Assembly: GCA_001783335.1 (NCBI GenBank)
Contig: MFLU01000002.1
Coordinates: 4,948 to 68,947, forward strand
Reading direction: 5' to 3'
DNA: 64,000 nt
Source of the DNA: Candidatus Kaiserbacteria bacterium RIFCSPLOWO2_01_FULL_50_24
GTDB taxonomy: Bacteria; Patescibacteriota; Minisyncoccia; Phycocordibacterales; UBA2100
Shown here: positions 36,063-44,755 of the stretch, piece after piece
How the letters are laid out: each line of letters starts with the position of its first letter
Numbering within the stretch: the first letter of the stretch is position 1
Notes under the pieces: generated by a model
Told to the model about the DNA's origin: nothing
The model's input: the letters and a program-made list of their open reading frames with translations, nothing else
Databases searched by the model: none
Position numbers and translations under genes: made by a program

Positions 36063-36084
36063 ACGCGGCTAGTGAGTTAGTACA

Positions 36085-36485
36085 AGTTAAAAAGTAAAAA
36101 TGAAAAGGTAAAAATTACAGTTAAAAGTTAAAAGCTACTGGCGACGTAAGCAAAGCTTTCCGGCAGCACTCGTTCGGAAACGGAAAAATGAATTTTCCCG
36201 TTTCGCTCACTCGCTTGCCGATAAGCAAAGCTTTCCGGCAGCGCTCGTTCGGAAACGGAAAAATGAATTTTCCCGTTTCGCTCACTCGCTTGCCGGTAGA
36301 GCGAGCGAAATGTAAAAGTACTCTTTTGCATTTCCGAGCCGAGCCTGCCCGAACGACCGTTCGGTCGGGCGGGGAGCCAGAAACCGGCGCGCCGGTTTAC
36401 ATCCACGTCGAGGGTACTCTTTGACCTAACTTTTAATTTTCCATTGTCGTTTTTCATTTTTCACTTTTAGTTTTTAACTGTCGGG
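36085..36485. repeat. Composite element: a family B palindrome split by about 285 bp carrying a two-unit 63 bp tandem repeat and GC-rich palindromes
   Basis: Left arm at 36085-36135 and right arm at 36420-36482. The insert has the unit TAAGCAAAGCTTTCCGGCAGC[A/G]CTCGTTCGGAAACGGAAAAATGAATTTTCCCGTTTCGCTCACTCGCTTGCCG twice, plus CCGAACGACCGTTCGG and AACCGGCGCGCCGGTT. Confidence 0.6.
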
Positions 36486-36491
36486 CACACT

Positions 36492-37538
36492 CTACTCATT
36501 ACCAAAAAAGCCACTTTGGGTCGTCGGCTCAAATGTTATATTCCACGTGTTCCGCGCATTTTGCAGCCAATTTACGGCATGGCTGAATATAAGTTCTATC
36601 TGCGCCACCACCTGAGCTCCTTCCGTGCGTATAGTAATTTGATTTTGTTCGCTACCTGGCACGAGCGAGCGATTTACGCCCCAGTTGAATATATAGTCAT
36701 TCTGTTCTCTCGCCGTGTCTGCGTAATAGGGAGTGGCGGTGAAGGTTGCCTCTCGGTCGTCAAAAAAAGCGTTCTCTTGTATAGCCGCATTGGTGAGCAC
36801 TCCAAAAAGCGGATGTTCATGGTATAGCAAAAGCACGGGTTCGTATGAAGAAATGCGCTCTGATGCGTAGCCGCGATATGTATCGTCCGACGATGTTACC
36901 GTTACTGAAAGGATGTGTGAGCCGAATAACGGTGGAGTTGGCACTTCCACAATATTTTTCCCGCGTCCCGAAACGCTAATGAGCACATGGTTGTTCCTGC
37001 GCCACGTGTAGGTAAGTTCGTTCGACTCCAGTGTGCTGCCGTTTGCGCGGCGGAATCGTGTCAGCGCTTCTGCGCGCATGGTCACTCCTGCCGATGGAAG
37101 CGCGCGTCCGCGAAAAAATGGCGGCACGTATGAGTTCGCGCTCCAATGGAGGTCAACCTCCGTGGGGCGTATCGTAACAAGTCCGACGGCGCGCGCCCCG
37201 TCCGGTGAAATCGCGGCCACCTCCACCGACACACTCGTCCCACTCGCTCCAAGCGTGACCGTAGCGCTTCGCACGCCGGTTCCCGATGTAATCCGTTTCC
37301 CATTCGCACTCCACGATATGGCGCTTTCTCCAAGCTCAAGAACGTTTCCGATGACACGGAGAGTAACGATCTCAAATGGCGCCGGGTACGCGGGGTCAAC
37401 TTCAATAGATAACGGATCGACGGGAGAGAGGAGCGTTTGTCCATGTGCGGCAAGCGGTATCATACATACCGTCATGATAAGCAGTCGAAAACACCACATG
37501 CTCGTTGTCATATATTTAATGTTCGGCAGGAGCGCCAC
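36492..37538 (-). CDS. Hypothetical secreted protein (signal peptide, beta-rich)
   Basis: Hydrophobic N-terminal helix (MWCFRLLIMTVCMIPLAAHGQ). It overlaps the virB4-like gene by 23 nt and is probably co-transcribed. Confidence 0.45.
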   Translation of the reverse strand: MALLPNIKYMTTSMWCFRLLIMTVCMIPLAAHGQTLLSPVDPLSIEVDPAYPAPFEIVTLRVIGNVLELGESAISWSANGKRITSGTGVRSATVTLGASGTSVSVEVAAISPDGARAVGLVTIRPTEVDLHWSANSYVPPFFRGRALPSAGVTMRAEALTRFRRANGSTLESNELTYTWRRNNHVLISVSGRGKNIVEVPTPPLFGSHILSVTVTSSDDTYRGYASERISSYEPVLLLYHEHPLFGVLTNAAIQENAFFDDREATFTATPYYADTAREQNDYIFNWGVNRSLVPGSEQNQITIRTEGAQVVAQIELIFSHAVNWLQNARNTWNITFEPTTQSGFFGNE

Positions 37539-39645
37539 CCAGAGGGCTCTGTCCGTCGGGACCTTGTCCCGTTGTTATTGCGGGAGTTTTGTCAGCAAGA
37601 CCGGGCATTGTCGTAGGTGTCTGATTGACGGTGGACGGCACTTCCAGCTGTTGGGCGGAAGGAGGGGGCGGAGGAGAGACCTCTCCTTGTGTAGGCGCCT
37701 TCTGTGTAGCGACTATGGGGCGCATCGGTTCGGGCGGCTCCGGCGCATCGGTTGTGGGCGGCATAGGTGCGCTGGCAGGAACCTCAACTGCCCGGGAGAG
37801 TTGAGGCTGGTTATCGAGCCCAAATTCTTCGGTGGCGAGACGTTCTTGCTTTGCTTTTTTAATGGCAAGTATTTGCGATGGGTCGGAGGTAATTATCTGG
37901 TCTTCCGTGTAGGAAGCTATAATCTTTATGGCGACATGTTTTAACCCTGCGAAGAATATCCCCTCCCCCACATCAGACTCCAAGAGCAGGTATTTCTCCT
38001 CATCTGAAAGTTTGAATGTGTTTTGTACGAGATCTACCGATGTTGGCGATTGCCGCAATAGTATCTGAATAGACGAGTTCGTTATCATAGGGATTCCATA
38101 GGGAGAGTTCAAGAAGTCAGACACGTCTTGCGTTATGGTAGAAATGCCAAGATAGTATTTACGTCCGCGTTTTGCGATTGAAAATAGAAATGATGCAGTG
38201 TCTTCCGAGCGCATCATCCACCATGCCTCGTCTATGACCAAGAGGCGCTTGCGTAGCTCTTTCCGCACGGTATTCCAAATGTGGTGCGTGATGATGTACA
38301 TGGCTACGGGTTTCAGGTCGTCTTCCATGTCGCGCACTGAAAAAACTACCAATCTTTTATTCATGTCTACATTCGTCGGGCGATTCATAAAGCCGGACCA
38401 CGTTCCCTTGGTGTACTTTGAAAGGCGCTGTACCAAGGACTCCGAACCCTCCATGCCGGAGAGCACGAGCTCAAAGTCGGAAAGGAGCGGCGGCTCTATG
38501 GCCGCGAAGTTCGCGTCCGCGCTGATGTCCTTGAGCGCATACGTTTCTGTGATTGCCTTATCAATGACCGCGTCTTCTTCCGGCGTGAGGCCTCCTAGCA
38601 TGATGCGGAAGAGTCCGACGAGCGTAATAATGTTGTTGCGTAGGACGTCTGAAGGATTCTCATCCTCACGCGGAATGGGCAGGTCAAATGGATTGATATG
38701 GTGTTCCGAAGAAAGAGAAATGTTGAAGTAGCGTCCGCCCACCGTCTCTGCCAAATATTCGTATTCGCGCTCCGGGTCTATGACGATTACTTCAGTGTCA
38801 AACATGAGCGAGCGGAGAATTTCTAGTTTGGTGGCGTATGATTTTCCGGCGCCGGATTTTGCGAAAGTGACCGAGTTATAATTCTCCAAACTAAATCTAT
38901 CAAAAAGAATGAGCGACGAATTGTGGCGGTTGATGCCAAACAGGATTCCCCTATTCGAGGTTAGGTCGAATGAAATGAACGGGAACACAGAGGAAAGCGG
39001 AGCCGAATTTAGCTTCGTGTGCACTTCAAGCTCGTCGGACGCTATCGGAATGGTGCTCCTGAATCCTTGCTCTTGTTGAAAAAGCGCCGGACGGATGTAC
39101 ACGAGGCGCGACTCAAGGACGGATCGTATTTCTGATTCCACCTTGTCTATTTCCTCACGCGTTGCGCCGTATATCGTGAGATAGAGCCCGACTTCAAAGA
39201 TGCGTTCTTGCGCCTGCTGAAGCGAGTCGCGCAATTGCTCAAGGTCGGCGTAGGCAGTGTCTAGTTGGGGGTTGCGCACCATTCCCTTCTCTTCTCGCGC
39301 CGCTATTTGGCTTTGCACCTCAGCCACCTTTTTTTGGAATTTTCGCAGTACCTCCGTCGTGTCCATGGGATGTATAAAAATGGAAATATCCAAAACCTTG
39401 TCCATGTTGATGATGGGAGAAAACCATCCCGTAGTGAGAAAGCGCGGATACGATATAACAAAAAACGTACGAGCAATCTTTTCTCCGAGGTCAAGCTCGC
39501 GCGGGCTGACGCGGAGCGCATGTGGCGCGATGACATCTTGGAGGTCAAGGACACCAGTGCGGTAGATTTCTTCCGGCAACACGGGTAAAACCTGTGCCAC
39601 AGGCAATTTCTTTTTTCCGAACGGAAGAAAGTCCAATAAAGCCAT
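37516..39645 (-). CDS. virB4: VirB4/TrbE/CagE-family type IV secretion ATPase
   Basis: Walker A FAKSGAGKSY and a Walker B in the VirB4-typical DEAW context (RLLVIDEAWWMM). 709 aa with a C-terminal Pro-rich tail. Confidence 0.8.
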   Translation of the reverse strand: MALLDFLPFGKKKLPVAQVLPVLPEEIYRTGVLDLQDVIAPHALRVSPRELDLGEKIARTFFVISYPRFLTTGWFSPIINMDKVLDISIFIHPMDTTEVLRKFQKKVAEVQSQIAAREEKGMVRNPQLDTAYADLEQLRDSLQQAQERIFEVGLYLTIYGATREEIDKVESEIRSVLESRLVYIRPALFQQEQGFRSTIPIASDELEVHTKLNSAPLSSVFPFISFDLTSNRGILFGINRHNSSLILFDRFSLENYNSVTFAKSGAGKSYATKLEILRSLMFDTEVIVIDPEREYEYLAETVGGRYFNISLSSEHHINPFDLPIPREDENPSDVLRNNIITLVGLFRIMLGGLTPEEDAVIDKAITETYALKDISADANFAAIEPPLLSDFELVLSGMEGSESLVQRLSKYTKGTWSGFMNRPTNVDMNKRLVVFSVRDMEDDLKPVAMYIITHHIWNTVRKELRKRLLVIDEAWWMMRSEDTASFLFSIAKRGRKYYLGISTITQDVSDFLNSPYGIPMITNSSIQILLRQSPTSVDLVQNTFKLSDEEKYLLLESDVGEGIFFAGLKHVAIKIIASYTEDQIITSDPSQILAIKKAKQERLATEEFGLDNQPQLSRAVEVPASAPMPPTTDAPEPPEPMRPIVATQKAPTQGEVSPPPPPSAQQLEVPSTVNQTPTTMPGLADKTPAITTGQGPDGQSPLGGAPAEH

Positions 39646-39662
39646 AGTTTAAATCGTAGTTG

Positions 39663-40325
39663 CTACGTCCCTTGATTTACTAAAGACACCGGCTTTCCCT
39701 CTTCGCCGGGGTTAAAGAGTTTATACAGGAGCTCTATTGCTTCTTCTGTTCCAAGTTGTACGGTGCGCACGCCGGTTCTGACGAGCCCCTGTTGGACTAT
39801 CCCGATGCGCTGTTCAAGTTGTGAGACCTGTTCTTCAAACGTGCGGCTTTTCTCTTCCTCACTCGCTGCTTTTTGGAATGGAAGCATGTTTGCCACACCA
39901 CGGCGTGTGACGATAGGCGCTGGCGCATAGGGTACGACCACGAAGAAATTCTTTGTCATAACGTTAGCGGCCTCGGTAAAACTTTTTATGAATTCTATAT
40001 ATTCTCGTATCTGTATGCGCATGAGATCGTCCAACTGACTCTTATATGCCTCCTCGAGTGTTGCGATGTACGGACGAATGTCCAACATGCGCGATTGCAC
40101 GAAGATTTGGACGGAAAAATCCAGAGAGTTCAAGAAATTCTGGAATTGCAGAATGAACGCGGTCTGTTCGTCTTCCGACTTTAGGGCAAAATTGAGTGAT
40201 GAGGCAAGGAGTATTGCGCGCATGCTTCCGTCCTTTAAAATCATCACGCCGTCGCGCACTTCGCGCACAGGAACGAAATCCTGTGTTGATTTGTTGCGTA
40301 CTCTAAGATTTGAGAGCGTGTTCAT
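39663..40325 (-). CDS. Hypothetical protein of the T4SS-like locus (immediately upstream of virB4)
   Basis: 220 aa, soluble. No family recognised. Confidence 0.4.
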   Translation of the reverse strand: MNTLSNLRVRNKSTQDFVPVREVRDGVMILKDGSMRAILLASSLNFALKSEDEQTAFILQFQNFLNSLDFSVQIFVQSRMLDIRPYIATLEEAYKSQLDDLMRIQIREYIEFIKSFTEAANVMTKNFFVVVPYAPAPIVTRRGVANMLPFQKAASEEEKSRTFEEQVSQLEQRIGIVQQGLVRTGVRTVQLGTEEAIELLYKLFNPGEEGKPVSLVNQGT

Positions 40326-40334
40326 AACCAGTCA

Positions 40335-40515
40335 GTGAATCAATAAAAAAGCACAAAACACAGGAACCAGAACACAAATAAAGCACAGGAACCAAAACAC
40401 AAACCACAAACAAAATTCACACTCCTCCCAACGTACTCGTTTGTATTCTGTGCTTTTTTCATGTTTGTGTTTTATTTGTGCTTTGTGCAATTTGTGCTCT
40501 GTGATTTTTACCGGT
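40335..40515. repeat. Family C element, copy 2
   Basis: AGCACAAAACACAGGAACCAGAACACAAATAAAGCACAGGAACCAAAACACAAACCACAAAC ... TGTGCTTTTTTCATGTTTGTGTTTTATTTGTGCTTTGTGC. Confidence 0.5.
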
Positions 40516-40538
40516 AACTGTTACTATCTACTATAAAT

Positions 40539-41042
40539 TCATATCCGTGCTTCCCGGGCGGTTCGGACAGGCGCAACGACGTTGTCGCGTGCGTCGCGCA
40601 TTGCGTATGTCTCCCGGTCTTCAGACGACGCGGTGCCCGACTGTATGCGCTCTTGAATATCTAATGCCCACGCAAGGTCGTGCAGTTTGCTACCCGAGAG
40701 GTGTGGTATGTAGGAAGGGGGTTTGGCGGCCCCAATTTCTTTTTTTTGTATTTCGGCACGCTTGTGCTCCTTATTCCACAGGTATAGTTTTGAACGTAAG
40801 AAGTAAAAGAGCCCGTGCTCCAGTGCGACGATAAAGGGTCTCCCGTTGAATTGTAAAAACGCGAGCGCCACCGCAAGAGTGCCTACCGCAAGTATGAAAG
40901 GTGCGGCAATGTAAAGAGGCAGTATGCGCCAGAAGAGGTAACAACACCCAGCGCCTCCTATGACATATATGAATTGCTTGAACGTGAGGGGGCCGAATAT
41001 CTTGTCCTCTACCTCAATAAATTGTGGAACTTGGAATTGCAT
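40539..41042 (-). CDS. VirB3/PrgI-like small membrane protein (two TM) of the T4SS-like locus
   Basis: MQFQVPQFIEVEDKIFGPLTFKQFIYVIGGAG N-terminus with two hydrophobic helices. Confidence 0.4.
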   Translation of the reverse strand: MQFQVPQFIEVEDKIFGPLTFKQFIYVIGGAGCCYLFWRILPLYIAAPFILAVGTLAVALAFLQFNGRPFIVALEHGLFYFLRSKLYLWNKEHKRAEIQKKEIGAAKPPSYIPHLSGSKLHDLAWALDIQERIQSGTASSEDRETYAMRDARDNVVAPVRTAREARI

Positions 41043-41334
41043 TAGATTTTCTTAGATTTAATTATCGAGCGTAGCGAGATTAGTAAATCTTAGACCCCGT
41101 GAAATCCTCGCCAAAGGCGAGGAGCCGCGAAGCGGCATTTTACCGGGGTTAAGTGCAACTAATTTACTGACGCTCATAAGTTTTACTAAACCTTATGCCC
41201 AGCACCATTATTCCCGACCGAATATTGTGCGGTGCGCGTGCGCGTATAGCGCATCCCCTGCTGGGCGAAGCGCATTGCCGCTCGCTTGGCTCATATGTCC
41301 CATTGTACACCGTTTGGAAACGGAATAATGGTGC

Positions 41335-41492
41335 TTGGGCTGGATAACCCGCACACTTACTTGCGTCTAGTTTTGCGGTAGATGGTGAGATGCAATGACA
41401 AAGCCGTGTTTCCTGTACATACGGAGCGACGAGTATAATTCGTGGGGCAAAACAGGAGCAAGACGCAAGTAAGTGTGCGGGATAACCCAGCA
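41335..41492. mobile_element. MITE-like or hairpin element with a 31 bp perfect terminal inverted repeat (GGCTGGATAACCCGCACACTTACTTGCGTCT ... AGACGCAAGTAAGTGTGCGGGATAACCCAGC)
   Basis: Read directly. The interior of about 95 bp extends the stem imperfectly. It lies in the 635 bp non-coding gap inside the T4SS-like locus. Confidence 0.45.
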
Positions 41493-41676
41493 CCAGACTT
41501 TGGCTTAGTCGGTATCAATGATAGTGTCTTCAGGTTTGCACGGTGAATAGCGTCCAGAATTACAATAGTACTCTGGCGCGTCCCGACAGAGGAAAGCCAA
41601 AGTTGGTTCATGGGCAGGCCCGCACACCCACTGTCTGCATTGTTTTTTCCAGTTTCCAGCTTCAAGCGTCCAGCAT

Positions 41677-42261
41677 CTAGAGTGGCGGCTCTCTATACGG
41701 GTCGCCCTCGGTGTCTTTGCGCGCGCTACTCAATTCGTGCGGTTTATACGATGGAGATACGGGCGCGCGCTCCGCTTTGGCGGTTGAGGGCACTTTGGGT
41801 GGTGTGGCAGGAACTATTGGAGCGACGGGCGACGGTGCTGGTTTTGCGGCAATTTTTCCATTCCTGTCTTCCGCCCTAAGAATGCTTTCGCGTGCTCTTT
41901 CAACACCACTCCTCTCTTCCTCTTTCGCTTGCGGATGTTCCAGTTCCCGCTCCAGTCCTTCGCGTATAGGCTCAAATATCATTGTGGTAATGTCATTTGT
42001 AAGCGCGAGCGCAGAGTCAGCGGGTACGCCGATGTCGTCGGTGATACGTTTCTGGAGCTCCTCTGCGTGATATACGCCGAAAAGCGTGAGCATCACGAGA
42101 TTTTCAAGCGCTTGCCACTGGTCCAGATGTAATCGATGCTCTTTTGAGAGCTCGCGCAAACGTTTCTCCGGGTTGCCGGAAAGTATCGCGTTTTGCACCG
42201 CTTTCGGGAGCTTTGTGAAACGCTCTTGTATCAACGTTTTGAAATCTTTTTCTTCGGTCAT
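41677..42261 (-). CDS. Hypothetical protein (acidic N-terminal half, Pro/Ala-rich C-terminus)
   Basis: 194 aa. No family recognised. Confidence 0.4.
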   Translation of the reverse strand: MTEEKDFKTLIQERFTKLPKAVQNAILSGNPEKRLRELSKEHRLHLDQWQALENLVMLTLFGVYHAEELQKRITDDIGVPADSALALTNDITTMIFEPIREGLERELEHPQAKEEERSGVERARESILRAEDRNGKIAAKPAPSPVAPIVPATPPKVPSTAKAERAPVSPSYKPHELSSARKDTEGDPYREPPL

Positions 42262-42274
42262 ACCCCGTCAGTGA

Positions 42275-42475
42275 CTAGTGCAAATTAAAAAGTAAAAATG
42301 AAAAGTTAGAAATTACATCCCCGTCGAGAGCACTCTTGGGCCTGACTTTTAATTTTTCATTGCATGCCCCGTACCAAAATCTGCGAACGTGGTTTGAGCG
42401 CATAAAGAGGAACGGTGAGATTTTTGGTGCGGGGTCGTTTTTCATTTTTCACTTTTAGTTTTTAACTTAATGCAG
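42275..42475. repeat. Family B palindromic element with a nested CCCCGTACCAAAATC/GATTTTTGGTGCGGGG inverted repeat
   Basis: Read directly between the virB6-like gene and the 41677 gene. Confidence 0.55.
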
Positions 42476-42496
42476 CGGAACACAGTCGCGTGCTTA

Positions 42497-44755
42497 CTAC
42501 GGTCCACCCGGCGAGCGTGGCGCAGATGGCTTTGACGAATCCATGTGTCCCCGCACCATGTCCGAGATCCTGCCCAAGTCTTTCTTTTCCTTGCGCGTTG
42601 TAACGGCTGCCCTGGATTGGTATGCGAGTGAGTCGTTTTTTTCGGTGAGCGGTATCCCCATTTTCTCACGGAGCACATTAGTGAATCTCCCGCGCGCGCT
42701 TTCAAATGCGGCCTCTTGTGCATCTAGAAACTTTTCTGGAAGCAGACCTTTGTCTTTGGCAATCTCATCCACCCGGTCAAGGATGGCTCTTTGCAAGTCC
42801 GTGTCTCGCTTAATGGATTTTTGCGCTTGAGAGATACGGCTCTTTACTTGTTCCAGGTTCGAGTTGTCCCTGTCGTGTTCTTCTCTACGCCTATCAACCT
42901 CTTGTCTCGCCACGCTTGTATCTCTTACTCCACCGGATATCAAATCCTCCAAGTGCTGTTCTGATTCACGAAGGATCTTTTGACTCTTTGCCGCGCTGTT
43001 CGTATGCTCTATGCTTGCGTTCATTGCCTGCGCCAATTCATTCTGTGACGCGATCAATCTGTCCATCGCATCTTTGTTCTGCCCCGCGAGTTGTGTGTTT
43101 CCAGCAAAAACATCTTCACGGACTTTGTCTATAAACTTTTCCTGCTCTTCTTTTGACATTGCGACGCGCTCCCCCTCGCGCGCGTAACGCTCCGTGGCCC
43201 GCTTTTCTGCCCCCGCATATCCTTTCGTGTCCTCCCCCGTGAACGTCCCCGATTTTTTGAATTGTGCGACTTTTTGTATTTCACGTCCGAGCATGGAGTG
43301 TGTCGCATTGAAGTCGCGTGTCGCGATTTTTTTGGCCGCCTTCTCGCTGGTGTCGTACATTGCTTGCTGAAGGCGATTTGTCGCATACGGGCGCCATCCA
43401 CCCATGGCTTTGGGAGAAAGAGGTTTGCCATCTTTGTCTAGACCCGCTCTCCGTATGTCGGTACCACGCATCTGCGCCCACGCGCCCGCCCCGCTTGCTG
43501 CCAAGCCCAACGTTCTTCTTCCCGCGAATGCGGCTATTCTGCCGCCGAGGCCTAAGGCAAGAGCTGGCGCAAGCGCCGCCATGCTGAAGCCACCTATGTT
43601 TTTTGCGAACATAGAGGCGAGCTTGACGGATACATATAAAAATCCGATAACAAACAGAAACATGATGATGGCGAGCCACCCGTTTTGGTTTCCCGGATTT
43701 TGGATGAACTCGATAAGGTTCGCGGACCCCTGTGGCGCACGCAGGAGAACGAGTGATGCCCACAAAAATATCATTAAGAGCGGTCCAAAGAGTGCCGCTT
43801 TTATGAGCATTTCCCACCACCCCTTCCAGCCGTACTGCGAATCGCCGAATTGCGGAATGAGATACGAGGCGAACGCGAGAGAAGACGTTATGGTGACGAA
43901 TATCAAAAGGATTGCGCGTGACACCATAAGGAAACTGGCGTAAAGAAAGATGAGAGCAGAAACAAGCAAAAACGTACTGACGGCAACCGCGTATACAATA
44001 ATGATGGCGGCACTATCGTTTTTGGTGCCAATTCTGTACAAAACGCCTGCCGTATCAAACAAACCCGGGACCCCCGCGCGCCCCATGAATGCCCCTGCAA
44101 TGCCGGAAGTTGACTGTGCTGCGGCGACAATCCCCTGTTCGCTCGTGGTAGGAGCGCCCTGACCCGCCGTGCCAGCCACGGCGGAGATTGATTCCTTGTA
44201 GAATATGCCCGCAACGAGGTTGGAGCTGTCAATAATGATGCGTGTGAAAAGCAAACTGAAGTTAATCAGTACGGCAACGATAAGTACGCGCGCTATCATT
44301 GCTTTGTCGCCGTAGCGCGTTATGCCGAGAATTATAGAGATTGCGATAAATACGAACATGCCGATGATGAGGATGTTTGCAATGTCGCGGAATGCTTCCC
44401 ACACAAGATTAATGCCATCGGCGATACCGAGTTTTTGAAGGACAAGCGATAGGTCTACGACGGTCCATTGTATGAGTGCATCAAACACGGCTCCGGCGAT
44501 GACCGCGAGCATACTGGAGAGCGATATGAGCAAAAAACCCAGGAATGTGAATATTAGTTGTAAAGCCCACTGTATCGTCCACCGATACACGGTCCCACCG
44601 ATTTGTGACAACAGAGAGCCGTCTGCCGCCTCTGCTGCATACGCGAGAATCGGAATGCAAAGTAAAACGAGCGTGGTTGCACAGAGTGTCGCGTATAAAT
44701 ATGGGCGTATGCGTTCCGACATAGTACTTATTGCGTTTTCCAACGGTCTATCCAC
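42497..44755 (-). CDS. VirB6/TrbL-like polytopic membrane protein with a long C-terminal coiled-coil cytoplasmic domain
   Basis: 752 aa. A signal-like N-terminus, roughly 10 hydrophobic helices over the first 430 aa, then about 300 aa of charged coiled-coil. Confidence 0.45.
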   Translation of the reverse strand: MDRPLENAISTMSERIRPYLYATLCATTLVLLCIPILAYAAEAADGSLLSQIGGTVYRWTIQWALQLIFTFLGFLLISLSSMLAVIAGAVFDALIQWTVVDLSLVLQKLGIADGINLVWEAFRDIANILIIGMFVFIAISIILGITRYGDKAMIARVLIVAVLINFSLLFTRIIIDSSNLVAGIFYKESISAVAGTAGQGAPTTSEQGIVAAAQSTSGIAGAFMGRAGVPGLFDTAGVLYRIGTKNDSAAIIIVYAVAVSTFLLVSALIFLYASFLMVSRAILLIFVTITSSLAFASYLIPQFGDSQYGWKGWWEMLIKAALFGPLLMIFLWASLVLLRAPQGSANLIEFIQNPGNQNGWLAIIMFLFVIGFLYVSVKLASMFAKNIGGFSMAALAPALALGLGGRIAAFAGRRTLGLAASGAGAWAQMRGTDIRRAGLDKDGKPLSPKAMGGWRPYATNRLQQAMYDTSEKAAKKIATRDFNATHSMLGREIQKVAQFKKSGTFTGEDTKGYAGAEKRATERYAREGERVAMSKEEQEKFIDKVREDVFAGNTQLAGQNKDAMDRLIASQNELAQAMNASIEHTNSAAKSQKILRESEQHLEDLISGGVRDTSVARQEVDRRREEHDRDNSNLEQVKSRISQAQKSIKRDTDLQRAILDRVDEIAKDKGLLPEKFLDAQEAAFESARGRFTNVLREKMGIPLTEKNDSLAYQSRAAVTTRKEKKDLGRISDMVRGHMDSSKPSAPRSPGGP

